Source of the DNA: a bacterium
GTDB taxonomy: Bacteria > Cyanobacteriota > Sericytochromatia > S15B-MN24 > UBA4093
Length of the DNA: 64,000 nt
Reading direction: 5' to 3'
Assembly (NCBI GenBank): GCA_035285805.1
Contig: JAYKJE010000008.1
Location: 13,902-77,901, forward strand
Below, one piece after another: positions 8,767 to 16,862 of the stretch. The stretch's first letter is position 1. Every line of letters begins with the position of its first letter. Made by a program: the position numbers and the translations under genes. The notes below the pieces were generated by a model. The model worked only from the letters and a program-made list of their open reading frames with translations, was not told where the DNA came from and ran no database searches.

Positions 8767-9534
8767 CCGACCTTCACCGGGTGCGAAACCCACGAGCGAC
8801 CAGTCCGGCGTGAGGCCGGGTGTCGCCGGTGCCGGCCCGCTGGCGGCCAGCTGCCGGAGATCGAGGGTGGCGTCCGGCATCAAGCTCTGCAGCAGGGTGC
8901 TCGGCACGGGGAACGTCCGACCAGCCAGGGACAGTTCCAGCTGCGATACGCTCAGGCGGTCGGGTGCAACCAGTTGCGGGTGTACGCTCACGGCCACGGG
9001 CCAGGCACTGCCACTGACCTCCAGGCGGCCTTCGATGCCGAGACGGTCCGAGGTGATGCGGACGCGTTCCGGGATGACGTCCACCGTTCTCTGGATGGGC
9101 GGGAGGCCGGGGAAGATCGGTAGCTGGATGGGGATGCCCCGGAGCTTCGACCGGATCTCGGGCCTTTCCAGCACCGCCAGGATGCCTGCTTCCGGAATGT
9201 CGACGGAGCCCGTCGCGTCGGCGCCGGCGGCCAGCTGGGGGCGTCCCGACCAGATCGTGTCGAGCATCTTCAGCTGAAAGGGGGCCGTTTCCAGGGAGGC
9301 CGAGGCGATCGCCACGCCTTCGAGCTTGAAGTCTTCCATCCGGATGTCCAGGCGATCGATGTGGCCTGCGAGCATGTGCAGCGGGGGCGCGGATTCGACC
9401 CGTACTTCCACCTTTCGAGCCCCCCCGACCTGCTGCCGGAGGCTGTCGGCGATCGAACCCGAAACCAGTCCAGGTGCAGCTCCAAGGCCGGCATACAGGG
9501 CCGTCAGGACGCACGCCAGGATGAGGGTCAGCAT
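8731..9534 (-). CDS. DUF2993 (LmeA-like) family membrane-anchored protein
   Basis: Internal ATG at 9534 shares one base with the upstream stop (TGATG). N-terminal TM helix MLTLILACVLTALYAGL, then a body resembling DUF2993. The upstream part of the 443-aa ORF is R/G-rich shadow. Confidence 0.65.
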   Translation of the reverse strand: MLTLILACVLTALYAGLGAAPGLVSGSIADSLRQQVGGARKVEVRVESAPPLHMLAGHIDRLDIRMEDFKLEGVAIASASLETAPFQLKMLDTIWSGRPQLAAGADATGSVDIPEAGILAVLERPEIRSKLRGIPIQLPIFPGLPPIQRTVDVIPERVRITSDRLGIEGRLEVSGSAWPVAVSVHPQLVAPDRLSVSQLELSLAGRTFPVPSTLLQSLMPDATLDLRQLAASGPAPATPGLTPDWSLVGFAPGEGRLRLLARLRVAP

Positions 9535-11213
9535 CACCAGCCTCCTCTCGCGCTCGCGAGCATCGCGAAGACGATCTGCCCGCCCGTGCCGTCGAACATC
9601 GTGCTGGCCCAAACGTTGCCCTCGAGGGCTCCTCCCAGTCTCATCGGCCCGACCTGCCAGGGCGTCGTCTCGAGACCTCCCTGGAGATCCAGTCCCCACC
9701 GCATGGCCTGGAAACTGCGATTTCCGAGAGTATGCGATTGAAGCATCACGGGTAGCGCGGCATCGAGACGCGCTTGCAACCCCGGTACTCCGAGCATCCA
9801 TGTGAGCTTGCCGGAGGGTCCCAGGCCCACCAGGGTCCGTCCCGCGGTCTGGTAGCCGTTTCCGGTGCCACTCAGGGGCGTCGTGACCCGCGAGACGAGG
9901 GCAAGTCCCGCTTCCGGTCGGAGGCCCGTCTCGGCCAGCCGGTAACGCCCGTCCACGCGCAGGCGGACATCGGCCATCGACACCTGCCCCGAGGTCGTCC
10001 CCGAACTCGAGGCCTTCACGTCGAAGGGGAGGATGGTCCCCACGCGCCCGGCCAGCACCCACGGGGCCATGACATGTTCGGCGGAAAGCGTCAGGTTCGC
10101 GAGGCCCGGGACGGAGACGACGAGGTCGTTGGTGTCCTCCGTGCCGACCAGGCTCCTGTCCCCGGGCAGCCCCTCGAAGTAATGCAGGACCGACTGGATG
10201 CCCAGCGCGACCTGCCAGGGCAACGAGGACATCCCGTCCGTCGTGCCGGAGGGGACGAGGGGCGCAGGGCGGGGCGAAGGCGTGCCACCGGGCGCGGGCG
10301 AGGCGACTTCCGGCGTCGAGCGAGGCTGCGGGGGGCTGCTCGGAGACGGTTCCGGTGCGGGCGACCCCGCCGTGCTCCAGAGCGGGGCGCGGGTCGCGGC
10401 AGGACGAGGAGTGGGTGCGATCGTCTGGACCGGACGCGGCGTGGGCGAACTTGGCGGGTTCGGGCGCTCGGTCGGTCGCGCCGTTCCAGGTGGCGAGGGT
10501 GGGGGCACCTCCGGCACCGGGCTCCCGGACGGCGAGGCGACCGGCGGGGGCGAGGCCGGCGGGCGAAGCGCTTCCTGGAAGACCGGAGCCCAGTCCGGGT
10601 CGATGAGGGCGAGTGTCCGACCCATCCAGCCGGCTGCCTCGAGACGGGTGAGGGAGTCCTTCGCACGGAATCCACCGGTCGGAGCCGGTACGATCTGCCA
10701 GAAGTTGAGGGCCCGGTCCAGGATCTTGCCGAAGGGGCTCGCCACGGGGACGTCCGGACAGGTGACCGGCGATCCGAGCCGGGGAGGCGGTGCCGAGGAA
10801 CGGACCTCCAGGAGCCGGACGAGGGACCGGACGAGTTCTTCCCGCGTGACGGGAGAGAGTCCCTCGAAGCGCGTGCCGCGTCCGCTCATGAGTTGCAGGC
10901 TGGTCACGCGGCTCACGGCAGGCATGTCGGGATGTCCCGAGGGAATGTCGGACCAGACCACGACCTGGGAGGGAGCTTCCTCGCTCCCCAGGAGCTTCAC
11001 CAGGGCCCCGGCGACCTCGTACCGGGTCAGGCGGCTGCTGCCCAGGAACCGACCGTCGTCAGCAGCGGCCAGGATGCCGCGGCGCCCGAGCTCCATCGCG
11101 ATCCGGTCCGGACCGGAGCTCGGGTCGAGGTCTTCGTAAGCTCCCAGTCCGGGAGCGAGCCAGGCGTTGAGGCCCAGGGCTGCAGCGACGAGTGCCAGGC
11201 GGCGTCGGTTCAC
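9534..11213 (-). CDS. SLH-domain outer-membrane protein with C-terminal beta-barrel-like domain (OmpM/SlpA-type tether candidate)
   Basis: GTG at 11213 gives the signal-peptide-like NRRRLALVAAALGLNAWLAPGLGA. Three SLH-like repeats (e.g. GRFLGSSRLTRYEVAGALVKLL; FEGLSPVTREELVRSLVRLL; FRAKDSLTRLEAAGWMGRTL). A linker of about 110 aa is P/S/T/A-rich. About 230 aa of alternating-hydrophobic segments end in ASARGGW. An ATG at 11258 is an alternative start. Confidence 0.75.
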   Translation of the reverse strand: MNRRRLALVAAALGLNAWLAPGLGAYEDLDPSSGPDRIAMELGRRGILAAADDGRFLGSSRLTRYEVAGALVKLLGSEEAPSQVVVWSDIPSGHPDMPAVSRVTSLQLMSGRGTRFEGLSPVTREELVRSLVRLLEVRSSAPPPRLGSPVTCPDVPVASPFGKILDRALNFWQIVPAPTGGFRAKDSLTRLEAAGWMGRTLALIDPDWAPVFQEALRPPASPPPVASPSGSPVPEVPPPSPPGTARPTERPNPPSSPTPRPVQTIAPTPRPAATRAPLWSTAGSPAPEPSPSSPPQPRSTPEVASPAPGGTPSPRPAPLVPSGTTDGMSSLPWQVALGIQSVLHYFEGLPGDRSLVGTEDTNDLVVSVPGLANLTLSAEHVMAPWVLAGRVGTILPFDVKASSSGTTSGQVSMADVRLRVDGRYRLAETGLRPEAGLALVSRVTTPLSGTGNGYQTAGRTLVGLGPSGKLTWMLGVPGLQARLDAALPVMLQSHTLGNRSFQAMRWGLDLQGGLETTPWQVGPMRLGGALEGNVWASTMFDGTGGQIVFAMLASARGGW

Positions 11214-11575
11214 GTCTTCCTCTCGAACGTGAGGCGATCGCCCTCTGCGAGTTGCCACTCTCGCGCGGTCCCGGCAGGCAACTCGAGGGTCTGGCTGGCG
11301 CCGCGGACGACGGGCGAGAACCTCCAGGGCTTCATCTCGGGAATCAGGCGGACGATCCGACCGTCACCCGACAAGAATAGCACGTCGATGGGGAAGCGGA
11401 CGAAGCACGTGTGGACGGCATTGCAGGGTTTCAGCAGTACGGCCTCGCCGCGGTCGAAGCGTCTGGCGAACTGCAGACCGACCAGGCGCGTCAGGGGGTT
11501 GTCGGCCAGGCGACAGGAGTCGGCGACCAGGTTTCCATCATGTGTCACACGCAACATGCGACGATCATAACCCAT
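11210..11575 (-). CDS. DUF192-family protein
   Basis: ADNPLTRLVGLQFR... LLKPCNAVHTCFVRFPIDVLFL..DGRIV resembles DUF192/COG1430. The stop overlaps the GTG of the SLH gene (GTGA). Start uncertain (11575 or 11557; no clear SD). Confidence 0.55.
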   Translation of the reverse strand: MGYDRRMLRVTHDGNLVADSCRLADNPLTRLVGLQFARRFDRGEAVLLKPCNAVHTCFVRFPIDVLFLSGDGRIVRLIPEMKPWRFSPVVRGASQTLELPAGTAREWQLAEGDRLTFERKT

Positions 11576-11676
11576 GATCGTGATGACTTGACGCGTTAAT
11601 GCGCCTTCGCTCAGGGGATGAGTCTCTTGTGGCGACCTGCAGCGAGCGGGCGACTCCGGCTCGAAAGGGGGCACCT

Positions 11677-12819
11677 ATGGCGATGGCGCAGCGACTTCTC
11701 GAATCCGCGATCATGGAGTCCCTCGAGCAGGTGCTCGTCGACACGATCATCCCCGAAGCGGGTGAGATCGATCGTCTCGGGAGGCTTCCGCGTCGCAGTC
11801 TGTCTGCGCTCGCAGACGCCGGCTTCCTGGGCATGCTCTCCGAGCCGCGGCTGGGAGGCATGGGGGCGGGCTATCGCATGGCCGTCCAGGTCATCGAGGC
11901 GATCGCGCGACACTGTGCGTCCACGGCGCTCCTCCTCACCACCCACTATGCAGCGGCCATCGCGATCGAGCACCACGGTTCGCGAGAGTTCCGACGCGTC
12001 GTCGCGGAAGGCCAGCACCTCTTGACCCTGGCCCTGAACGATCTCGGCACCACCAACCCCGTCTGGTCGGCCCTGTCCTCGGTCACGACCGTGGGCACCG
12101 AAGTCTGGCTGCGGGGGGTCAAGCAGCACGTCGTCGGGGCGGGCATCGTCGATTCCTACGTCTGGACGGCCCGTTCCAGCCAGGACGATGGCACCACCCT
12201 GTGGCTCGTCCCTCGCCGGGATGACCAGATCGAGATCATGGCCACGGAGTACGATACCGGGTTGCGGGGTCACGGCGGCGGCACGGTTGCTGCGGACGGC
12301 GTCCGTCTCGACCACCGTGCGCGGCTCGGCGAAGACGGCAAGGGCTTCGCGTTACTCGCCGACCTGGTGCTGCCCGCGCTCGACCTCTTTCTCGCGGCCA
12401 TCCAGGTCGGCTTGATGGAGTCCGTGACCCGGCGTTCGGCCTCGCATCTCACCGGGGCCTTCGGGGTCTACCAGGGCAAGGCCGACGACGGCCACGAACT
12501 CCGGGCCTCCCTCGGAAAGATGCGAGCCCGCACCGAGATGGTCCGGTCGCACCTGCATGACACGGCCGGTGCCATGGACCGGCGCTTGACCTCCGGAGTG
12601 GCGCGCGGCACGTTCGCACTCAAGGCGCTCGCCACCGAGATGGCCCAGGAAGTCACGGACCTGGGGATGAAGATCGGTCAAGAAACCCTCGATCGCCCGG
12701 GGGCCATCGAACGGTGTTTCCGCGATGCTCGATCCAACCTCGTCCTGACGTTTTCACCCGATGCCCTGTACGAGTACGTGGGGCGGGCCGAGTGCGGGCA
12801 CCTGCTGACGCGGGGCTAG
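11677..12819 (+). CDS. Acyl-CoA dehydrogenase-fold flavoprotein (non-canonical C-terminal motif)
   Basis: ATG at 11677 after AAGGGGG. ACAD-like layout (LADAGFLGM..., central beta domain, C-terminal helical domain ending RCFRDARSNLVLTFSPD). Confidence 0.75.
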   Translation: MAMAQRLLESAIMESLEQVLVDTIIPEAGEIDRLGRLPRRSLSALADAGFLGMLSEPRLGGMGAGYRMAVQVIEAIARHCASTALLLTTHYAAAIAIEHHGSREFRRVVAEGQHLLTLALNDLGTTNPVWSALSSVTTVGTEVWLRGVKQHVVGAGIVDSYVWTARSSQDDGTTLWLVPRRDDQIEIMATEYDTGLRGHGGGTVAADGVRLDHRARLGEDGKGFALLADLVLPALDLFLAAIQVGLMESVTRRSASHLTGAFGVYQGKADDGHELRASLGKMRARTEMVRSHLHDTAGAMDRRLTSGVARGTFALKALATEMAQEVTDLGMKIGQETLDRPGAIERCFRDARSNLVLTFSPDALYEYVGRAECGHLLTRG

Positions 12820-13739
12820 GGGAGCCAGAAGGGTCGGTCCTCGAGGGTGACGGTTGCTTCCCCGGCAGCCGTCACCAGTTGCACGCCCGGGCGGGCCTGG
12901 GCCACCTTCACGAGGCCGAGTCCGCGTTCTCCCGAGACGCTCGTCACCACGCCCACCGGACGTTCCTCGTCCAGCAGGGTGGCTCCGATCTCGACGTGCG
13001 TGCCTGCAGACCAGGTGAGGCCCATGAGCTGCCGCTGGATCTTGCGGTAATGGAACAACCGCGCCACGACTTCCTGTCCGAGGTAACAGCCCTTCTCCAG
13101 CGAGATGGACGTCTCGAGGCGCGCCTCCCAGGGATTCACGTCCTCGCCGATCTCGTGGCCCGAGGCGGGGAACCCCGCCCCGATCCGCCAACCTTCGATC
13201 CGATCGGCCGCCCACGGTTCGGCGCCGCGATCCACGAGGTTCGCCTCCCGCGCCGGCCAGCTGGCCTCGTCGACGAGCCAGATCGCGACCTCGGGAAGGG
13301 CCGGATGGCCCGCGCAGAGTGCCTCGCCATCGGCCGTCCCTCTCCAGCTCCACCGGCGGGCGTCCGCGGTGAGACGGGGGGCCTCATCTGCAGGGACCGG
13401 CAGGAGGTCGGACCAGGATCCGATGAGGGTGACGACGCGTGTCCCGGCGCTGCGGTCCGTCACGGTGACGTCCACGCCGAGGGTGTAGCGGTCCAGCGTC
13501 GTCGCGAGGATCGCCCCCCGACCCGGCCCGCCGACGAGCGTCAGGCCCGTCTCGTCCCGGAGGACGAGCACCCAGTCCAGCATCGTCCCCTTGCGGCTCG
13601 TGACGGCTGCCCGGGTCGCCTCACCCGGAACCAGCGAGCGGGTTTCCTGGGTCGAGTAACCCTGGAAGAAGGTCGCGGCGTCAGGCCCCTCGAGGCGAAC
13701 GACGGCGCGATCGAGGTCCGCATGGTAGGAAAGGCTCAT
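12816..13739 (-). CDS. ygfZ: YgfZ/GcvT-like folate-binding protein (Fe-S cluster maintenance)
   Basis: Internal ATG at 13739, 2 nt after the upstream stop. Signature EKGCYLGQEVVAR near the C-terminus; aminomethyltransferase-like N-terminal domain. Confidence 0.75.
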   Translation of the reverse strand: MSLSYHADLDRAVVRLEGPDAATFFQGYSTQETRSLVPGEATRAAVTSRKGTMLDWVLVLRDETGLTLVGGPGRGAILATTLDRYTLGVDVTVTDRSAGTRVVTLIGSWSDLLPVPADEAPRLTADARRWSWRGTADGEALCAGHPALPEVAIWLVDEASWPAREANLVDRGAEPWAADRIEGWRIGAGFPASGHEIGEDVNPWEARLETSISLEKGCYLGQEVVARLFHYRKIQRQLMGLTWSAGTHVEIGATLLDEERPVGVVTSVSGERGLGLVKVAQARPGVQLVTAAGEATVTLEDRPFWLP

Positions 13740-13741
13740 GA

Positions 13742-14098
13742 TCAGACGCTGAAAGAGGTCCCGCAGCCGCAGGTATGCGCGGCGTTCGGGTTCTTGAAGG
13801 TGAAGCCCGCGTTCATGAGGTCGTCGTTGTAATCGAGCTCCATGCCCGAGAGCAGCAGCGAGGACTTCATGTCGAGCAGGACCTTCAAACCATCGAAGGT
13901 CATGACCCGGTCCTGCGCGGTGGCCTCGTCGGCCACATCGAGCTTGTAGCTGAAGCCCGAGCATCCGCCGCCGACGGCCGCCACCCGCAGGTAGGCCTCG
14001 GGTTTGCCCTGGCGCTCGAGGAGCGACTTCACGTGGGCGATCGCCTTGGGGGTCAGGTTGATGAGCGTCGGGGCGCTCGAGGGGGTCGTGGTGCTCAT
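13742..14098 (-). CDS. A-type Fe-S cluster carrier (IscA/SufA/ErpA, HesB family)
   Basis: LRVAAVGGGCSGFSY ... NPNAAHTCGCGTSFSV (C-x..-C-G-C ligand pattern). Confidence 0.85.
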   Translation of the reverse strand: MSTTTPSSAPTLINLTPKAIAHVKSLLERQGKPEAYLRVAAVGGGCSGFSYKLDVADEATAQDRVMTFDGLKVLLDMKSSLLLSGMELDYNDDLMNAGFTFKNPNAAHTCGCGTSFSV

Positions 14099-14117
14099 GG
14101 CTATCCCTCCGGATGGG

Positions 14118-15320
14118 TCATGCACGCGGACTGGCGAGGGGGATGCGGCAGGGCGTGCTGCGCTGCCGCTCGACTTCCTGGATGATGATCTGGGCGGCCC
14201 GGTCGACCTCGGCTTCGGTGGTCCCCCGTCCGAGACCCAGACGCAAGCTCGCCAGGGCAGTGTCCCGGCCGGTGGCGGCCAGGACGTGCGAGGGTTCGAG
14301 GCGGTCCGAGGCGCAAGCCGAGCCCGAGCTGGCCGCGACTTCCTTGAGCCCCATCAGCAGGGCCTGGCTCTCGACGCCCTCGAGGCTCACGTGCAGGTTG
14401 CCGGGCAGGCGGTCGGTCGGATGTCCGTTGAGGTGGATCCCCTCGATCGCCGCGAACAGACGCTCCTGGAGGCGGTCCCGCAGACCCGACACGCGCTCGG
14501 CCTCGGCGGCGCGGAGGCTCTCCGCGAGCTCGCAGGCCTTGCCCAGGCCCACGATACCGGGGACGTTCAGCGTGCCCGAGCGAACGCCGCGCTCGTGCCC
14601 GCCACCGTGCAGTTGCGGCTCGAGACGGACCCGCGGAGCGCGTCGGCGCACGTACAGGGCACCGACCCCCTTGGGGCCGTACAGCTTGTGTGCCGAGAGG
14701 CTCAGCAGATCGACGTGCATGGCCTCGACGTCGAGCGGGATCTTGCCCGCGGACTGGGCCGCATCGACGTGAAGGACCACTCCGCGCGCCCGGCAGATCG
14801 CGCCGATCTCGGCCACGGGCTGGATAGTCCCGATCTCGTTGCTGGCATGCAGGATCGAGACGGCCAGGGTGTCGGGGCGGAGAGCCGCCTCGACGTCGGA
14901 CGGCGCAACCCGTCCGAACGCGTCGACCTCGAGCCAGGTCACCTCGCAGCCCTGCCGCGTGAGGGCGTCGAGCACGTCCCGGGTCGCCGCATGCTCGACG
15001 CGCGTCGAGACCAGGTGCAGGCGGGGGATGGGGGCATGCAGGCGTTCGGTCTCGACGAGGCCCTTGAGAGCCAGGTTGATCGATTCCGTCGCTCCCGAGG
15101 TGAAGACGATCTCCTTGCCGCACGGGGCTCCGAGGCGATCGCGGGCGCCGATGAGGCGTGCCACCTGCTCACGTGCGGCCTCGACGGCCTCCTCGGCTGC
15201 CCACCCGTACGCGTGCTGCCGGCTCGAGGCGTTGCCGAACCGGTCCGTCAGGAACGGCATCATGGCCTCCAGGACGGCGGGATCGAGCGGAGTCGTGGCG
15301 TGGTGGTCGAGGTAGATCAC
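14118..15320 (-). CDS. iscS: Group I cysteine desulfurase (IscS/NifS type)
   Basis: GTG at 15320 overlaps the upstream stop (GTGA). YLDHHATTP, SGATESIN, SAHKLYGPKG (PLP Lys), active-site loop SSGSACAS. Confidence 0.85.
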   Translation of the reverse strand: MIYLDHHATTPLDPAVLEAMMPFLTDRFGNASSRQHAYGWAAEEAVEAAREQVARLIGARDRLGAPCGKEIVFTSGATESINLALKGLVETERLHAPIPRLHLVSTRVEHAATRDVLDALTRQGCEVTWLEVDAFGRVAPSDVEAALRPDTLAVSILHASNEIGTIQPVAEIGAICRARGVVLHVDAAQSAGKIPLDVEAMHVDLLSLSAHKLYGPKGVGALYVRRRAPRVRLEPQLHGGGHERGVRSGTLNVPGIVGLGKACELAESLRAAEAERVSGLRDRLQERLFAAIEGIHLNGHPTDRLPGNLHVSLEGVESQALLMGLKEVAASSGSACASDRLEPSHVLAATGRDTALASLRLGLGRGTTEAEVDRAAQIIIQEVERQRSTPCRIPLASPRA

Positions 15321-15805
15321 GGGCGGCCCACCTCGAGCGGGAAGGGCTCGCGGAGCGCTGCTTCCGGAGGAGGTGGCAGCGGGCCCGTCACGGTACCGTA
15401 ACGGTCTTCCCGGGCCAGGTCGGCCAGGGTGTGACCTTCCAGGGCCTCGAGGAAGGCGTCCTGAGCCCGCTTCAGGGCTCCCTTCACGGCGCAGCCCACG
15501 CGGAAGCAGGCATACGGGCTCGAGGAGGTGCACTCGTTGACGGCGATCTCGCCTTCCGTCGCCTCGACGATGTCGCGGAGCGTGATGGTCTCGGGAGCGC
15601 GGGCGAGTTCGAGGCCTCCGTGGGAGCCCCGCTGCGAGCGGACGAGTCCCGCGCGCACGAGCAAGGGGACGAGCTTGCCCAGGAAGGACGGCGGGATCCG
15701 CTCGACGTCCGCGATCTTGGCCGTGTCGCAGAGCTGTCCCACCGGGCGCTTGGCCAGGTGGACCATCGTGAGGATTCCGTATTCCGAGGCCTTCGTGAGC
15801 TTCAT
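15317..15805 (-). CDS. Rrf2-family transcriptional regulator, IscR-like with three-Cys cluster motif
   Basis: MKLTKASEYGILTMVHLA ... SQRGSHGGLELAR wHTH; Cys92-x7-Cys100-x4-Cys105. Confidence 0.8.
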   Translation of the reverse strand: MKLTKASEYGILTMVHLAKRPVGQLCDTAKIADVERIPPSFLGKLVPLLVRAGLVRSQRGSHGGLELARAPETITLRDIVEATEGEIAVNECTSSSPYACFRVGCAVKGALKRAQDAFLEALEGHTLADLAREDRYGTVTGPLPPPPEAALREPFPLEVGRP

Positions 15806-15823
15806 GCGCCCGTCTCCTCGTGC

Positions 15824-16381
15824 CTAGACCGCCATCACCATGAGGTGGGGCTCGCTCTCGCGCAGCATGTTCTCGATCGCCATGAGCGTGCCGGCCTGCG
15901 AGCTCGGACAGCTGCCGCAGGCGCCCTGGTAGCGGATCTTGAGCACGTTTTCCTCGAGGCCCATCACCAGGATGTCGCCGCCATCGGCCTGCAGGGCCGG
16001 GCGGATCCGCTCGTCCAGGACGGCCTCGATCGCCTCGAGGCGGACCTGCATCGCCTCGGAGTCGGCCTTCCAGGGACGTCCCCCGTCACCGGTGGGCGGA
16101 GTGACGGCATCTCCGGCCTTCGCGGCCCGGATCGGCTCCGCGATCTGCCGCATGAGCGAGGACCAGTCCGCTCCGCCGTCCTGGGTGACGGTCAGCCACC
16201 GGTCGATGTAGTAGACGTTCGTGACGTGCGGGATCGCGAACAGTTCCCGGGCCAGCGCGTCCCCCTCGGCCTTGTCGGCGCTGTCGAAGGAGCGGGCCAC
16301 GCCGCGCGTCAGGGGTTCCTTCAGGATGAACTTGACGGCGTTGGGGTTCGGAGTGGGTTCGATCTCGGCGATCTTGGGCAT
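15824..16381 (-). CDS. Nfu-type Fe-S cluster carrier (Nfu_N domain + NifU C-terminal CxxC domain)
   Basis: EPTPNPNAVKF (Nfu_N) and IRPALQADGGD ... GACGSCPSS (NifU-like). Confidence 0.8.
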   Translation of the reverse strand: MPKIAEIEPTPNPNAVKFILKEPLTRGVARSFDSADKAEGDALARELFAIPHVTNVYYIDRWLTVTQDGGADWSSLMRQIAEPIRAAKAGDAVTPPTGDGGRPWKADSEAMQVRLEAIEAVLDERIRPALQADGGDILVMGLEENVLKIRYQGACGSCPSSQAGTLMAIENMLRESEPHLMVMAV

Positions 16382-16394
16382 CGGGGAGACCTTT

Positions 16395-16862
16395 CTAGAG
16401 CGCGTCCGGGCCGGCCTCGGTGGAGACCGAGGTGCCCGTGGTGACGGCGGAGTGCAGGGTATGCCAGGGAAGGACGGCGCACTTGACCCGGGTCGGCAGA
16501 CCCGCGATGCCGGAGAAGACCGTCAGGCGGCCCAGGTGATGCGTCTCCTTCTCGGGGTCGAGCTGACCGGTGGCCATCCGGCGGAACTCGTCGACCAGGA
16601 CTTCGGCCTCATCGATGCGCTTCCCCTTGACGACGCCCGTCATCATCGAGGCCGAGGCCTTGCAGATGGCACAGGCCTCACCTTCGAAGGCGATCGCCGC
16701 GATGCGGTCCTCGTCGATCCGGACGTCCAGCGTGATCTGGTCGCCGCAGAGCGGGTTGTGACCCTTCGCGTGGTGACTGGCCTCTTCGAGCTTCCCGTAG
16801 TTACGCGGCTTGCGGTTGTGGTCGAGGATGACTTCCTGGTAAAGGGCCTTTTGACTGCTCAC
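16395..16862 (-). CDS. sufU: SufU (zinc-dependent sulfur transfer / IscU-like) protein
   Basis: LYQEVILDHNRKPRN, NPLCGD, EGEACAICKASASMM, KCAVLPW. GTG start overlaps the sufS stop (GTGA). Confidence 0.85.
   Translation of the reverse strand: MSSQKALYQEVILDHNRKPRNYGKLEEASHHAKGHNPLCGDQITLDVRIDEDRIAAIAFEGEACAICKASASMMTGVVKGKRIDEAEVLVDEFRRMATGQLDPEKETHHLGRLTVFSGIAGLPTRVKCAVLPWHTLHSAVTTGTSVSTEAGPDAL

Noticed and set aside
9774-11570. 598-aa plus-strand ORF
   Set aside because: Antisense to the SLH/beta-barrel gene; extremely R/G-rich (runs such as RRGRGRRAKR). The minus-strand product has signal peptide, SLH repeats and barrel-like C-terminus.
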